A stretch of 64,000 bases of DNA from Candidatus Gottesmanbacteria bacterium (GCA_016186795.1 JACPKY010000002.1:154593-218592), one strand, 5' to 3'. Counted from the stretch's first letter, positions 10,584 through 19,768 are shown. A program made the numbers and translations. The notes: a model not told the origin generated them from the letters alone.

Positions 10584-11680
10584 ACAATAACCTCCATAAG
10601 TGTCCTTTGAATAATATCTATGGGTACGCGTTGCCGTGTTTTGATCTTTCCAATAGCAGAAAAAAGTACAAAGGTCCCCCCTTTCTTGTCCATTTTCATA
10701 AGACGCATCACCTCATCAACAGAAATATTTTTTACCCTGATAGGGAGACCCAATGATTCAATCGACGTCACTATTTTGTCACGGTCGGAAACGCTAAGAA
10801 TTCCACGATACGAACTAATTTTTGCTACCGCAACAAGTCCAATGGCAACTGCCTGTCCGTGCGAAAGTGTTTTGCAAGCTCCTTCAATTGCATGTCCAAT
10901 CGTATGTCCGAGATTGAGGGAATCTCGGATACCTTTGGTTTCATAAGGGTCTTTCCGGATAACTCCAAGCTTTATTTGTTGACAAAGGCTAATAATAGAA
11001 CACAGTTCACTATCTGACATTTGCACCCCTTTAGAAATCTTTGCAAGAATATTCATGCTCGGCCTCCCCCACCCTGCCCAGTATTTCACCATTTCCCCAA
11101 GACCGTTGAGTATTTCTTTTCTGGGAAGAGTCCGAAGAAAATTACAATCCGTGATAACTGCAGTTGGGGGGTAGAATGTCCCAACCATATTTTTTAGAAG
11201 ACTAGTTTCAGAGATACGCACGTTAACTCCAGTCTTTCCTCCGATGGCCGCATCAACTTGAGATAGGAGTGTTGTCGGAATTAAGATTGTGTCAATACCC
11301 CGAAGAAGTACTGATCCCAAGAAACCCCCAATATCGGTAACTACTCCTCCACCAATAGCTAGAAAGAGTGCATTTCTATCAAATCCGGCTGTAAAAAACG
11401 GTTTGAGAAGAAATGGGAGAGAATCGACACTTTTTATCGTTTCGGATGGGGAAATACTTACAACCGTCATACGCTTTTTTGCTAGTTTTAACGATTGGAA
11501 AAGAGTTTTTCCATAGAGTTTTTCAACCGTTTCATCAATGAGAACAAGAAAGGATGAATGGGACATTAGGGCAGCTTCCTTACGTGAGATCAGATTTTCT
11601 ACAATTGAGGAACCCACGATATAGGCCGTTTTATGTACCTTCGGAATAGTGTTGACAGAAATTTTCTTTACGTTTTGCAT
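10580..11680 (-). CDS. aroB: 3-dehydroquinate synthase
   Basis: GGGVVTD, PTTLLSQVDAAIGGKTG, KN, LNLGHTIGHAIE, HG, DKK; start at ATG 11680. Confidence 0.95.
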   Translation of the reverse strand: MQNVKKISVNTIPKVHKTAYIVGSSIVENLISRKEAALMSHSSFLVLIDETVEKLYGKTLFQSLKLAKKRMTVVSISPSETIKSVDSLPFLLKPFFTAGFDRNALFLAIGGGVVTDIGGFLGSVLLRGIDTILIPTTLLSQVDAAIGGKTGVNVRISETSLLKNMVGTFYPPTAVITDCNFLRTLPRKEILNGLGEMVKYWAGWGRPSMNILAKISKGVQMSDSELCSIISLCQQIKLGVIRKDPYETKGIRDSLNLGHTIGHAIEGACKTLSHGQAVAIGLVAVAKISSYRGILSVSDRDKIVTSIESLGLPIRVKNISVDEVMRLMKMDKKGGTFVLFSAIGKIKTRQRVPIDIIQRTLMEVIV

Positions 11681-11687
11681 AGTATTT

Positions 11688-12014
11688 TTAGACAATGTGC
11701 ATTCCACGGTCTCGAAGTAATTTTGTTTTTTCAAAAAAAGCAAGGAAGTTTTTTCTATTTGAAATTTCTCCAAGGATATCCTTCGTCGTTCTACTTGGTG
11801 TTGCGATAATAGCAAAATCAAAGAGTGGGTTTTTCCTTCGAACATCAAGTGCTTTGTCAATGAGTTCACTCTTTATTGTCAATACTGTTCTTTTGGGGTT
11901 TTGGCATACACCATACAATACGACCCGTTCTTTCAATTGTTGTCTTAAGCTTCTGGCAATTGATCCCCCAATAAGACCTACACCAATAATAGCGATATGT
12001 ATCGTTTTTTTCAT
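11688..12014 (-). pseudogene. tyrA: Truncated or internally deleted prephenate dehydrogenase (TyrA), 108 aa
   Basis: N-terminal Rossmann motif IAIIGVGLIGGSIA and IIATP are present; the catalytic core (D..S.K, HPM.G) is absent. Confidence 0.78.
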
Positions 12015-12280
12015 AGAAAATCCTTTTCCTGCTCTTTCTTGGAAAAGTAAAGAATAACAGTGAAAAGCTTTTCGACGAGTTCTTTGGAAATATTCATTGA
12101 CGTGCCCTTTTTTAGTAATTTTTCCATAAGTTTTTTTTCTCGCTTTTGGTCTTCAATGGCAAGACCTTGAGTTTTTTTGACTCTTGCGATTTCTTGTGAG
12201 AGGATGAACCTTTTTTGTACAAGCGTAAGGATTGCTCCATCAATCTGGTCTATTTTTAATCGAATAGCTTCAAGTTTCAT
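12011..12280 (-). CDS. Chorismate mutase (AroQ-class, CM type 2)
   Basis: LEAIRLKIDQIDGAILTLVQKR...IARVK...D..RE pattern; ATG at 12280. Confidence 0.9.
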   Translation of the reverse strand: MKLEAIRLKIDQIDGAILTLVQKRFILSQEIARVKKTQGLAIEDQKREKKLMEKLLKKGTSMNISKELVEKLFTVILYFSKKEQEKDFL

Positions 12281-13133
12281 ACGTTTTTCCTTTCTGGTAC
12301 TGTCCAAGAATTTTTAGAAATCGGACATGTTTCTTCAACTTTGTAAGCAAAGATTTGATTTCTATTGATTTCTCACCAAGGTCAAAATCAAGGTAGAAAA
12401 CATATTCCCATGCATGATTAAAAACTGGTCGGGACTCAATCTTTGTAAGGTTTATATGAGCTTTGGCAAACGGAAGAAGCGTTTTGACCAAACTTCCTGG
12501 TACGTGACTGAGAGAAAAAAGGAGTGAAATCTTATTTCCCCTTTTCCCAGTCTTTCTCCCTATTATTCCAAATCGTGTAAAGTTTTCCTTCGTATTCTCA
12601 ATCCTCGGAGTAAGAATTTGTAAACGATAAATTTTTGCAGCAAGAGTTCCCGCAATTGCAGAAAATGTGGGATCATTTGACTCCGAGACGAATTGAGCCC
12701 CCCTAGCCGTATCTGATAGTGCTTCCTGTGCGATCTTTGGATGCTTTTTCAGAAAAACACTGCATTGTGTGAATGCCTGAGGGTGGGAAAAGCATTTCGC
12801 AATTCTTGATAGCCGAAAAGATTTGTTGATTGTCTTATCTTTCTTCACCAGAAGATGGTGGTGAATTTTAAGATACACCTCCCCTACAAGCTGCAATTGA
12901 AACCGAAGGAGATGATCATAAGTTTCTAAGACCGATCCAGCTGTTGAATTTTCCAAAGGGACAACACCCCTTTCGCACTCACCGCTTGCGACAGCTTGAA
13001 ATACATCTTCAATTGATATCTTGGGAGATGGGGTGGAAGCACTCCCAAAATATTTTTGGAAAGCGAAAAAACTGTAAGAGCCGGAAATTCCCAAAAATGC
13101 AACGGAAGGTGTCACTCTTTGTTTGCCATTCAT
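12270..13133 (-). CDS. pheA: Prephenate dehydratase with ACT domain
   Basis: VPLENSTAG, SHPQAFTQC, NFTRF, INLTKIESRP. Confidence 0.96.
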   Translation of the reverse strand: MNGKQRVTPSVAFLGISGSYSFFAFQKYFGSASTPSPKISIEDVFQAVASGECERGVVPLENSTAGSVLETYDHLLRFQLQLVGEVYLKIHHHLLVKKDKTINKSFRLSRIAKCFSHPQAFTQCSVFLKKHPKIAQEALSDTARGAQFVSESNDPTFSAIAGTLAAKIYRLQILTPRIENTKENFTRFGIIGRKTGKRGNKISLLFSLSHVPGSLVKTLLPFAKAHINLTKIESRPVFNHAWEYVFYLDFDLGEKSIEIKSLLTKLKKHVRFLKILGQYQKGKTYET

Positions 13134-14143
13134 GATCGGTCAACAGCGTTGGCAACTCGCTGTACCTCTTTGACAATTTTTGTAAGTTCTTGAATCGATA
13201 TCGCTTGGTCACTATCCGAGAGCGATTTTCGTGGATCCACATGTGCTTCAATAAGGAGACCATCAGCACCAGCTGCAATTGCTGCCCGGCTCATCGCACG
13301 AACGAGATTTGCTCGTCCCGTACCATGACTCGGATCAACAATAACCGGTAAGTGCGTTTCGTGTTTCAAATACGGTACGATATTCAAGTCGAGTGTGAAT
13401 CGAGTTTCAGAAACGTGAGTCCGTATTCCTCGTTCGCAAAGGAGAACATTTTTATTGCCTCCCAGAAGAATGTATTCTGCTGCGAGAAGAAATTCCTTGT
13501 ATGTCGCCCACATACCGCGTTTTAACAAGACTGGTTTCCTTACTTTTCCAAGTTCGCGAAGTAACGGATAATTCTGCATATTTCTTGTTCCTACTTGGAA
13601 AATATCGGTATATTTATCGATAAGTTCAATATCTCGGACATCGAGAATTTCCGTAATGACGGCAAGACCACTTCTCTTTCCAGCTTCTTTGAGAAAATGG
13701 AGGCCAATTTTACCCAAGCCTTGAAAATCATACGGTCCTGTTCGGGGCTTGAATGCACCACCTCGAAGGATTTGGCACCCTGCATCTTTTACCTTTTTTG
13801 CAGTTTCGATAATTTGCTCTTTTGTTTCAACTGAACATGGACCAGCCATGATAATAATGCGTTTCCCGCCTATTTTAAGCCCATTTTTTACTGAGACGAC
13901 CGAGGGAGTCTCACGGAAAGATTTGCTCGCAAGCCTATACGGACGGTCTACATCCAAAGTCTTCTCAACGCTTGCGTTCTTTTCAATCTCACGACGGGTA
14001 AGCTCACCACAACGACCGAGAACAACAAGAAGCTCCTGTTCCTCGTGTTCGACCGGACGTACTTCAACGTTTCTTTGGGCCAGAAACGTACGGAATTCCT
14101 TCTCTTTTGAAAGTGGTAACCCTTTTTTTAGAAAAATAATCAT
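13130..14143 (-). CDS. aroF: DAHP synthase, type I-beta with N-terminal regulatory domain
   Basis: [41 protein letters not shown]. Confidence 0.95.
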   Translation of the reverse strand: MIIFLKKGLPLSKEKEFRTFLAQRNVEVRPVEHEEQELLVVLGRCGELTRREIEKNASVEKTLDVDRPYRLASKSFRETPSVVSVKNGLKIGGKRIIIMAGPCSVETKEQIIETAKKVKDAGCQILRGGAFKPRTGPYDFQGLGKIGLHFLKEAGKRSGLAVITEILDVRDIELIDKYTDIFQVGTRNMQNYPLLRELGKVRKPVLLKRGMWATYKEFLLAAEYILLGGNKNVLLCERGIRTHVSETRFTLDLNIVPYLKHETHLPVIVDPSHGTGRANLVRAMSRAAIAAGADGLLIEAHVDPRKSLSDSDQAISIQELTKIVKEVQRVANAVDRS

Positions 14144-14168
14144 AAAAAAACCCCGCTTTTTGCGGGGT
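14144..14168 (-). terminator. Intrinsic terminator of the aro operon attenuator
   Basis: Minus strand ACCCCGC-AAAAA-GCGGGGT followed by a T run directly before the aroF ATG. Confidence 0.88.
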
Positions 14169-14193
14169 AGTCATCAGTTTACCTTTACCTATT

Positions 14194-14268
14194 TTACCAA
14201 AGGAAACCTTCCCCGCAAGCTGGGGTGAAGTAAAATGCAAAATACCAATTCTGAGATTTTTCAATCAT
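14194..14268 (-). CDS. Aromatic amino acid attenuator leader peptide, MIEKSQNWYFAFYFTPACGEGFLW (24 aa)
   Basis: Hand translation from ATG 14268 to TAA 14194; 8 of 24 codons aromatic, clustered as WYFAFYF; overlaps antiterminator arm TTGCGGGG. Confidence 0.88.
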   Translation of the reverse strand: MIEKSQNWYFAFYFTPACGEGFLW

Positions 14269-14284
14269 AGTCGTATGTACTGTA

Positions 14285-14632
14285 TCAAAGAGATCGTACC
14301 TTGTCAACAATTGCTTGGAATCCCTCCTTATCAGATATCAGAAGATCTGCTAAAATTTTTCGATCCAAAGCAATGCGAGCACGCTTTAGTTTCGCAACAA
14401 AAGTACTGTAGGATATTCCCATTGGTTTTAATCCTCCGGAGATTCGCATAATCCAAAGCCGGCGAAATTGAGATTTCCGAATTTTCCGACCTGCATAGGC
14501 ATACGTTCCCGCGTGAAGTTGAGCTTCCTTTGCCACCTTCACGAGCCTGGAGCGAGTCATTCGATACCCCTTTACTGACTCTAGAAGCTTTTTATGGCGC
14601 CTATGACTTACAACACCTCGTTTTACTCTCAT
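14285..14632 (-). CDS. rplT: 50S ribosomal protein L20
   Basis: MRVKRG, FRRLWIMRI, LDRKILADL. Confidence 0.98.
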   Translation of the reverse strand: MRVKRGVVSHRRHKKLLESVKGYRMTRSRLVKVAKEAQLHAGTYAYAGRKIRKSQFRRLWIMRISGGLKPMGISYSTFVAKLKRARIALDRKILADLLISDKEGFQAIVDKVRSL

Positions 14633-14633
14633 A

Positions 14634-14825
14634 TTATTTACCGATGAGGGATTTTACCACGTTGGCATATTTAGTCGCAAGTTTCACTGGTTCTGCAAAC
14701 GAACGAATTCTTCTCTTACTTTTATGGAGTTTTCGGTGGCGAGATGCTTGGTGGCCACGAAATACTTTACCTCCCGCATTTACCTTGAACCGTTTTGCGA
14801 CAGATTTACGTGTTTTTGTCTTCAT
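14634..14825 (-). CDS. rpmI: 50S ribosomal protein L35
   Basis: KTRKSVAKRFK...GK; between infC and rplT. Confidence 0.95.
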   Translation of the reverse strand: MKTKTRKSVAKRFKVNAGGKVFRGHQASRHRKLHKSKRRIRSFAEPVKLATKYANVVKSLIGK

Positions 14826-15360
14826 GCTGAATTTTTCCTTCCATTTTGGCAGACGCTAATATTGTAACAAGAATTTTCCCTTCAAAATACGGTTCCTTGA
14901 CAACTTTTGATATTCCCTGCAAGTACTCTTTTGCCCTTTTTAATACGTTAAACCCAAATTCTTTGTGAATAATTTCCCTCCCCCGAAATGGGACGGCAAT
15001 CTTGAGTTGATTCCCAGCTTTTAAAAACGCTTCCCCACGCATGAGGCGTACCTTAAAGTCGTGGTCCCCGATAAATGGGGATAGTCGGATTTCTTTTATT
15101 CCGACATTTTTGGCGCTCTTTTTCGATTCCCGTTCCTTTTTCGCCTCAAGATACTTAAATTTTTTAAAATCAATGAGCTTTACAACGGGGGGATTTGCCT
15201 TTCCTGCAATCTCCACTAAATCTTTTTGCTGTGATTGAGCAAGCTTTAGAGCGTCCAGTCGACTGATAATACCAATTTGTTTCCCCGCTTCATCGAGAAG
15301 TCGAAGAGTGGCTGCCGTAATTTGATAATTCAGTCGATAAAACTTAAAGTTTTTTTTCAA
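14806..15360 (-). CDS. infC: Translation initiation factor IF-3
   Basis: DLVEIA...PPVVKLIDF, KEIRLSP, FRGRE; exact start codon uncertain. Confidence 0.96.
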   Translation of the reverse strand: MKKNFKFYRLNYQITAATLRLLDEAGKQIGIISRLDALKLAQSQQKDLVEIAGKANPPVVKLIDFKKFKYLEAKKERESKKSAKNVGIKEIRLSPFIGDHDFKVRLMRGEAFLKAGNQLKIAVPFRGREIIHKEFGFNVLKRAKEYLQGISKVVKEPYFEGKILVTILASAKMEGKIQHEDKNT

Positions 15361-17113
15361 TCTGGGTTTTCAGCTCCTCAAGAAAAGCAGAGAGAGCCAC
15401 ATTCTGTCTATTTTCTCCACTTCTTTCCCGAACAGTTACTACATACGTATTCGTGTTTATATCAGATGATTCCTGTTCTTTGTCCCCAATTATAACGGTA
15501 AAAGGGATTTTTTGTAAAGATGCATCTCTAATTTTTGATTGCATCGATTCACTTCGCGAGTCAAGCTCTACACGGATATTTTCTTCACGCAATTTTTTAA
15601 AAACTGCCAAGGCTGTGGAATTATGTCTATCAGCAATAGGAATAATTTTTACTTGAACTGGGGAAATCCATAGAGGAAATTTACCAGCGTAGTGCTCTAT
15701 CAAGATAGCTAAGAACCGTTCTGTAGCACCAATGATCGCTATATGAAGGATTGCTGGACGCTTTTGACCTCCATCGGCATCAGTATAGTTTAAATCAAAA
15801 TTTTCAGGTTGATTAAAATCCAACTGGATAGTTGTTAGTTGCCATTCACGACTTAGGCTGTCCTTGACCAAAAAATCTATCTTTGGACCATAAAAAGCAG
15901 CCTCACCAGTTCCTATTTCGTAAGGGATTTTTCGTGAGTTTACTGCGTCTTCCAGTTCTTTTTCTGCGTTATCCCAAACCGTTCCCTCTCCCAAATATTT
16001 TTCCAAATGTGATTTATCTCTTACTGAAATTCTGGCACGGAAATTTTTTAACCCAAACGCATCATACACTTCTTTCGTAAGAGAAATTGCTCGATCTATT
16101 TCTTGTTGAACTTCTTCGTATTTTACGAACCAGTGACTATCATCTTGTGTCACAGATCTCACTCGGAAAAGACCATTGAGTACCCCACTTTTTTCGTATC
16201 GATAGACTGTCGAATTTTCTGCAAGCCGTAAAGGTAAATCTCTATAGCTTCTCGGCTTTTCCAGATAAATTTGAAAATGGTGAGGACAATTCATTGGTTT
16301 TAATGTATATTCATCCTCCTCAACCTTCAGAGGTGGCATCATCGCGTCATATTTATGCCAATGTTTACTCTGTTTATAAAGTTCTGTTCGAGCAATGTGA
16401 GGAGTCCAGACAAACTGCAATCCGTAAGACTCTTTCAGTTTTACTAGATAATCTTCAATGATTCTTCGAAGTATCTCCCCCTTCGGCATAAAAATAGGTA
16501 AACCTGGACCCACAGTTGGTGAGAATAGAAATAATTCGAGCGCCTTTCCAATTTTTTTGTGGTCTCTTTTTTTGGCTTCTTCTTGTTGCCAGAGATACGT
16601 ATCCAATTCGTCTTTGGTCGGAAAACAGGTACCATAAATTCGTGTCAACATCTTATTTTTCTCATTTCCCCTCCAGTAAGCACCGGCAATAGAAAGAAGC
16701 TTAAAATATTTCAGTTCTTTTGATGGATAATCAACGTGTCCCATTTTGCATAAATCAAGAAAGTTTCCGGGATTATTGGTCTTAAGAGCTTTACCATCTT
16801 TCGCAAATTCCTTAGCCAGTTCAACCTTGTACGGATTCTCCTTAAAGATTTTTTTTGCCTGTTCCAGTGATACTTCTTGAAATTCAAAATGGTTCCAACT
16901 CGGCAGAATTTCTCTCATCTTCTCCTCAATTTTTGGAAGATCGCTCTCAGAAATTTTGGTGCTTCCCATATCGAAATCTTGATAGAAACCATTTTCGATT
17001 GCCGGACCTATGGCGTTATGTGTTCCTGGCCAAAGCTCAAGCACTGCTTTTGCAAGAAGATGTGCTGCAGAATGTCGAAGAGTGTCTAGATATTTATTAT
17101 TATTTTTTTCCAT
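15344..17113 (-). CDS. thrS: Threonine--tRNA ligase (lacks N1/TGS domain)
   Basis: HSAAHLL, AYWRG, RIYGT, RDHKKIG, KPMNCPHH, FYGPKID; ATG at 17113. Confidence 0.98.
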   Translation of the reverse strand: MEKNNNKYLDTLRHSAAHLLAKAVLELWPGTHNAIGPAIENGFYQDFDMGSTKISESDLPKIEEKMREILPSWNHFEFQEVSLEQAKKIFKENPYKVELAKEFAKDGKALKTNNPGNFLDLCKMGHVDYPSKELKYFKLLSIAGAYWRGNEKNKMLTRIYGTCFPTKDELDTYLWQQEEAKKRDHKKIGKALELFLFSPTVGPGLPIFMPKGEILRRIIEDYLVKLKESYGLQFVWTPHIARTELYKQSKHWHKYDAMMPPLKVEEDEYTLKPMNCPHHFQIYLEKPRSYRDLPLRLAENSTVYRYEKSGVLNGLFRVRSVTQDDSHWFVKYEEVQQEIDRAISLTKEVYDAFGLKNFRARISVRDKSHLEKYLGEGTVWDNAEKELEDAVNSRKIPYEIGTGEAAFYGPKIDFLVKDSLSREWQLTTIQLDFNQPENFDLNYTDADGGQKRPAILHIAIIGATERFLAILIEHYAGKFPLWISPVQVKIIPIADRHNSTALAVFKKLREENIRVELDSRSESMQSKIRDASLQKIPFTVIIGDKEQESSDINTNTYVVTVRERSGENRQNVALSAFLEELKTQIEKKL

Positions 17114-17119
17114 ACGAAA

Positions 17120-17275
17120 CAAAAAATCCACCTACATGTTGGATCCCGATCCAATCGGGAGGTTCCATCCAACAAATTCTTGTACTTTCGTACAGAATGG
17201 TGGCTTAATTACTCTCTTTCGCTCAAGTTGCGTCTAGCTTTAGAGTTGGTGAGTCTCTATCCAAACGCTAGAATG
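17120..17275 (-). promoter_or_regulatory. T-box riboswitch leader (Thr) with ultrashort Stem I
   Basis: Antiterminator TGTTGGA-[TGGAACC bulge]-TCCCGAT-TGG-ATCGGGA-TCCAACA; competing hairpin ATCCA...TGGAT plus T run; ACC in the loop of the upstream stem. Confidence 0.75.
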
Positions 17276-17328
17276 AACTATTTTTATAATAGCACAACAC
17301 TTCAAGAAAGCAAATGGAAGGGTTCCTT

Positions 17329-17404
17329 TGGTGACCGCTAAAGGACTCGGACCTTTGACCTTCACGATGTCAACGTGACGCTCTACCAACTGAGCTAAGC
17401 GGTC
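17329..17404 (-). tRNA. tRNA-Val(GAC)
   Basis: Cloverleaf, anticodon arm TCACG-TTGACAT-CGTGA, encoded CCA. Confidence 0.95.
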
Positions 17405-17456
17405 TTCGGTGGTATTATATCGGGATTACGGGTGTGGAGCAATAAGTGGGTACGGA

Positions 17457-18008
17457 CTAACCCGTTTGCGTCGCAATAGTTCGTTCGTGAGAAAGACCAA
17501 ACATCGTCCCATGTTTTTTATACATTTTCCAATATCCTAACCGTTTTTTCTTCCGCGCTGAAAATGTCGCCAGCCATGCTCTTCCTTCACTTACTCGTAT
17601 TTGCAGTTGCCGAACAAGGCTAAGTAACCATTCAAGGTACCGAAGATAGTAAATACCGGTCTTGGCGGGCAGGTGTTCTACCTTCACTTTCGATAGCTCA
17701 TGGGAGAGTGACTTTTCGGATTTTTCCAGAACAGTAATCTGATCTTTTAGTTTTTGCAAGATAACACGCGTTTCTGTATAGATTTCTTTATCCTCTTTTT
17801 GATGAGTATAGGAAAAAACAAGAGTTTCAGACGTTTTCAATACTGGTTTTTGTTCCTCCCCTGATGGGCGGAAAAACTGGTCTGGGGCAAATAAGCCTCC
17901 AAGTTGTTTTCTTAACCCGATGGTTTGGGTGGAGGTGGATGTGAGTTTCTCCGGATGCTCGTCTCCCCATGCGTTTCGACGCGTTCGAAGTATATGATTA
18001 TTTGGCAT
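17457..18008 (-). CDS. Conserved CPR hypothetical protein (DUF5660-like)
   Basis: C-terminal GIYYLRYLEWL...WL...KKKR.GYW..YKKHGT.F.LS.ER...TQ pattern recalled from Microgenomates proteins; start uncertain. Confidence 0.7.
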   Translation of the reverse strand: MPNNHILRTRRNAWGDEHPEKLTSTSTQTIGLRKQLGGLFAPDQFFRPSGEEQKPVLKTSETLVFSYTHQKEDKEIYTETRVILQKLKDQITVLEKSEKSLSHELSKVKVEHLPAKTGIYYLRYLEWLLSLVRQLQIRVSEGRAWLATFSARKKKRLGYWKMYKKHGTMFGLSHERTIATQTG

Positions 18009-18053
18009 ATCAGCGGGTTTATACCACAATTTCCAATGCGAGTCAAACAATAA

Positions 18054-18902
18054 CTATAGGGTATTTAAGAACTCAAGTGTCTTTTGCTGACGTATAAGAT
18101 GTGCGAGATAATAGCTTTCCTTTTTCAGTTTTTCTCGTTCCTCTGGCTTTTCCACTTTCTCAACAAGGGTATCGATGTCCTTTTGTGTAACAGTAATATT
18201 CTCTTTATCGGCAATCTCACTTAGGATTAATTCAATTTTGAGATTATGTGTCGCTTGCGTTGCATACTCTGCCCGAATCTGTTCCGATGTTTTCCCCTTC
18301 GCAAGGAGATATTGTTCAACGGTTAATCCCAGTTGTTGTGTCTGGTCGACAAGATTTGAGAGGAGTCTATTTGCTTCATCCGCAATCAGTATGTCAGAAA
18401 TCTCAACGTCTGCTTCACTTACTAGTGCCTCCATGATTTCCTCGACACTAAGCTTCCCTTTTCCATCTTTCTCCTCTTTCGACCCAGGCGTCCATATTTT
18501 GACTTTCCCCTTTTTGAGCGTTCGTACTTTTTCTTTATAGTCTTTCAGGTGAATCTCGGGTTTCGTTGCAATTTTTGCAATAACCACCCAGTCCTCATTT
18601 TCTTTTGCTTTGGAAACCTCTATTTTCGGAGAAGATATTGGCGTGAGTTTATTGGCAGTTACAGATTCTGCATACGCGTTCGGAATGACATCTTTCACAA
18701 CAGCTTCATAGATACGGGTTTTATTGAGGTGTTTAAGAGCAATCTCTTTCGGTGCCTTTCCTTTCCGAAATCCAGCAATTTCAACCTCTCCGAGAGCGGA
18801 TGATTCATATTTTTCATACACTGGGGCTATATCGCTCCATGGGATAGTTATGGTAATTTCGACAGTTGCCTTGGGCAACGTTTTTACTGTTGACGTTGGC
18901 AT
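18054..18902 (-). CDS. tig: Trigger factor (short form without PPIase domain)
   Basis: Ribosome-binding signature IAGFRKGKAP; C-terminal SurA-like domain; ATG at 18902. Confidence 0.92.
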   Translation of the reverse strand: MPTSTVKTLPKATVEITITIPWSDIAPVYEKYESSALGEVEIAGFRKGKAPKEIALKHLNKTRIYEAVVKDVIPNAYAESVTANKLTPISSPKIEVSKAKENEDWVVIAKIATKPEIHLKDYKEKVRTLKKGKVKIWTPGSKEEKDGKGKLSVEEIMEALVSEADVEISDILIADEANRLLSNLVDQTQQLGLTVEQYLLAKGKTSEQIRAEYATQATHNLKIELILSEIADKENITVTQKDIDTLVEKVEKPEEREKLKKESYYLAHLIRQQKTLEFLNTL

Positions 18903-18935
18903 TAGCTCATTATACCATACAGGAAAGAGAATTCT

Positions 18936-19649
18936 ATGGAAAAGAAAGTCTCTGAAAAAGTTCAAGAGGAAATACTTTTACGGTTAAGGAAAACCTATCC
19001 GAAAGCCAAAATTGTACTAAAGTATGGGTCATATTGGGAGCTTCTTATTGCTGTAATTTTGTCTGCACAATGTACAGATATCATCGTGAATAAAGTAACT
19101 GAAATTCTTTTTCAAAAATACAAAACACTTGATGATTACGTGAACGCAAATCAGTCCGAGTTTGAAAACGATATAAAGTCAACGGGGTTTTATAGGAATA
19201 AAGCAAAAAATATTCTTGCAACTGCCAAGATTATTAAGGAAAAATACGGCGGAGTAGTTCCAAATACTATGAAAGACTTATTGCCTCTTCCAGGTTGTGC
19301 CAGAAAGACAGCCAATATTGTTTTGGGAAATGCGTATGGAGTCGTTGAGGGAATCGCTGTTGACACCCATGTTGCGCGTATTTCTCAACGGTTACGACTC
19401 GTTGATATCGGAAAAATTGGAGGCAAAAGAAAACGAATGATTGAAAAAAAAGGAAAACAGGTCATTGATTTTCTCAAAGACGCAGATCCTAATAAAATTG
19501 AACTGTCACTTATGAAAACACTTCCAAAAAGTGAATGGTTTTCCTTCACCTATCGGGTCATTGATCATGGAAGATCAATCTGCAAAGCGGCAAATCCCCT
19601 CTGTGGTGAATGCGTCCTTAGTAAACTCTGCCCAGTTTCCAGAGTTTAA
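18936..19649 (+). CDS. nth: Endonuclease III
   Basis: LSAQCTD, HhH LPGCARKTAN, VDTHV, Fe-S motif CxxxxxxCxxCxxxxxC. Confidence 0.96.
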   Translation: MEKKVSEKVQEEILLRLRKTYPKAKIVLKYGSYWELLIAVILSAQCTDIIVNKVTEILFQKYKTLDDYVNANQSEFENDIKSTGFYRNKAKNILATAKIIKEKYGGVVPNTMKDLLPLPGCARKTANIVLGNAYGVVEGIAVDTHVARISQRLRLVDIGKIGGKRKRMIEKKGKQVIDFLKDADPNKIELSLMKTLPKSEWFSFTYRVIDHGRSICKAANPLCGECVLSKLCPVSRV

Positions 19650-19651
19650 AG

Positions 19652-19735
19652 TGCCTAGGGGGAGACTCGAACTCCCAAGCTTTTGCAAGCACTAGCTCCT
19701 AAAGCTAGCGCGTCTACCAATTCCGCCACCTAGGC
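19652..19735 (-). tRNA. tRNA-Leu(TAG)
   Basis: Cloverleaf with long variable arm; anticodon loop TTTAGGA. Confidence 0.95.
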
Positions 19736-19768
19736 CACGAGGTTTTTCCCTACATTATTATATACCGG

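Noticed and set aside
11681..11869. Long upstream extension of the aroB frame, suggesting a frameshifted TyrA-AroB fusion at a T/A run
   Set aside because: The extension has no AroB or TyrA character, and aroB has its own ATG 7 nt after the tyrA stop
14064..14264. 66-aa ORF across the aro leader
   Set aside because: Different frame from the aromatic-rich leader peptide; it runs through the terminator and into aroF
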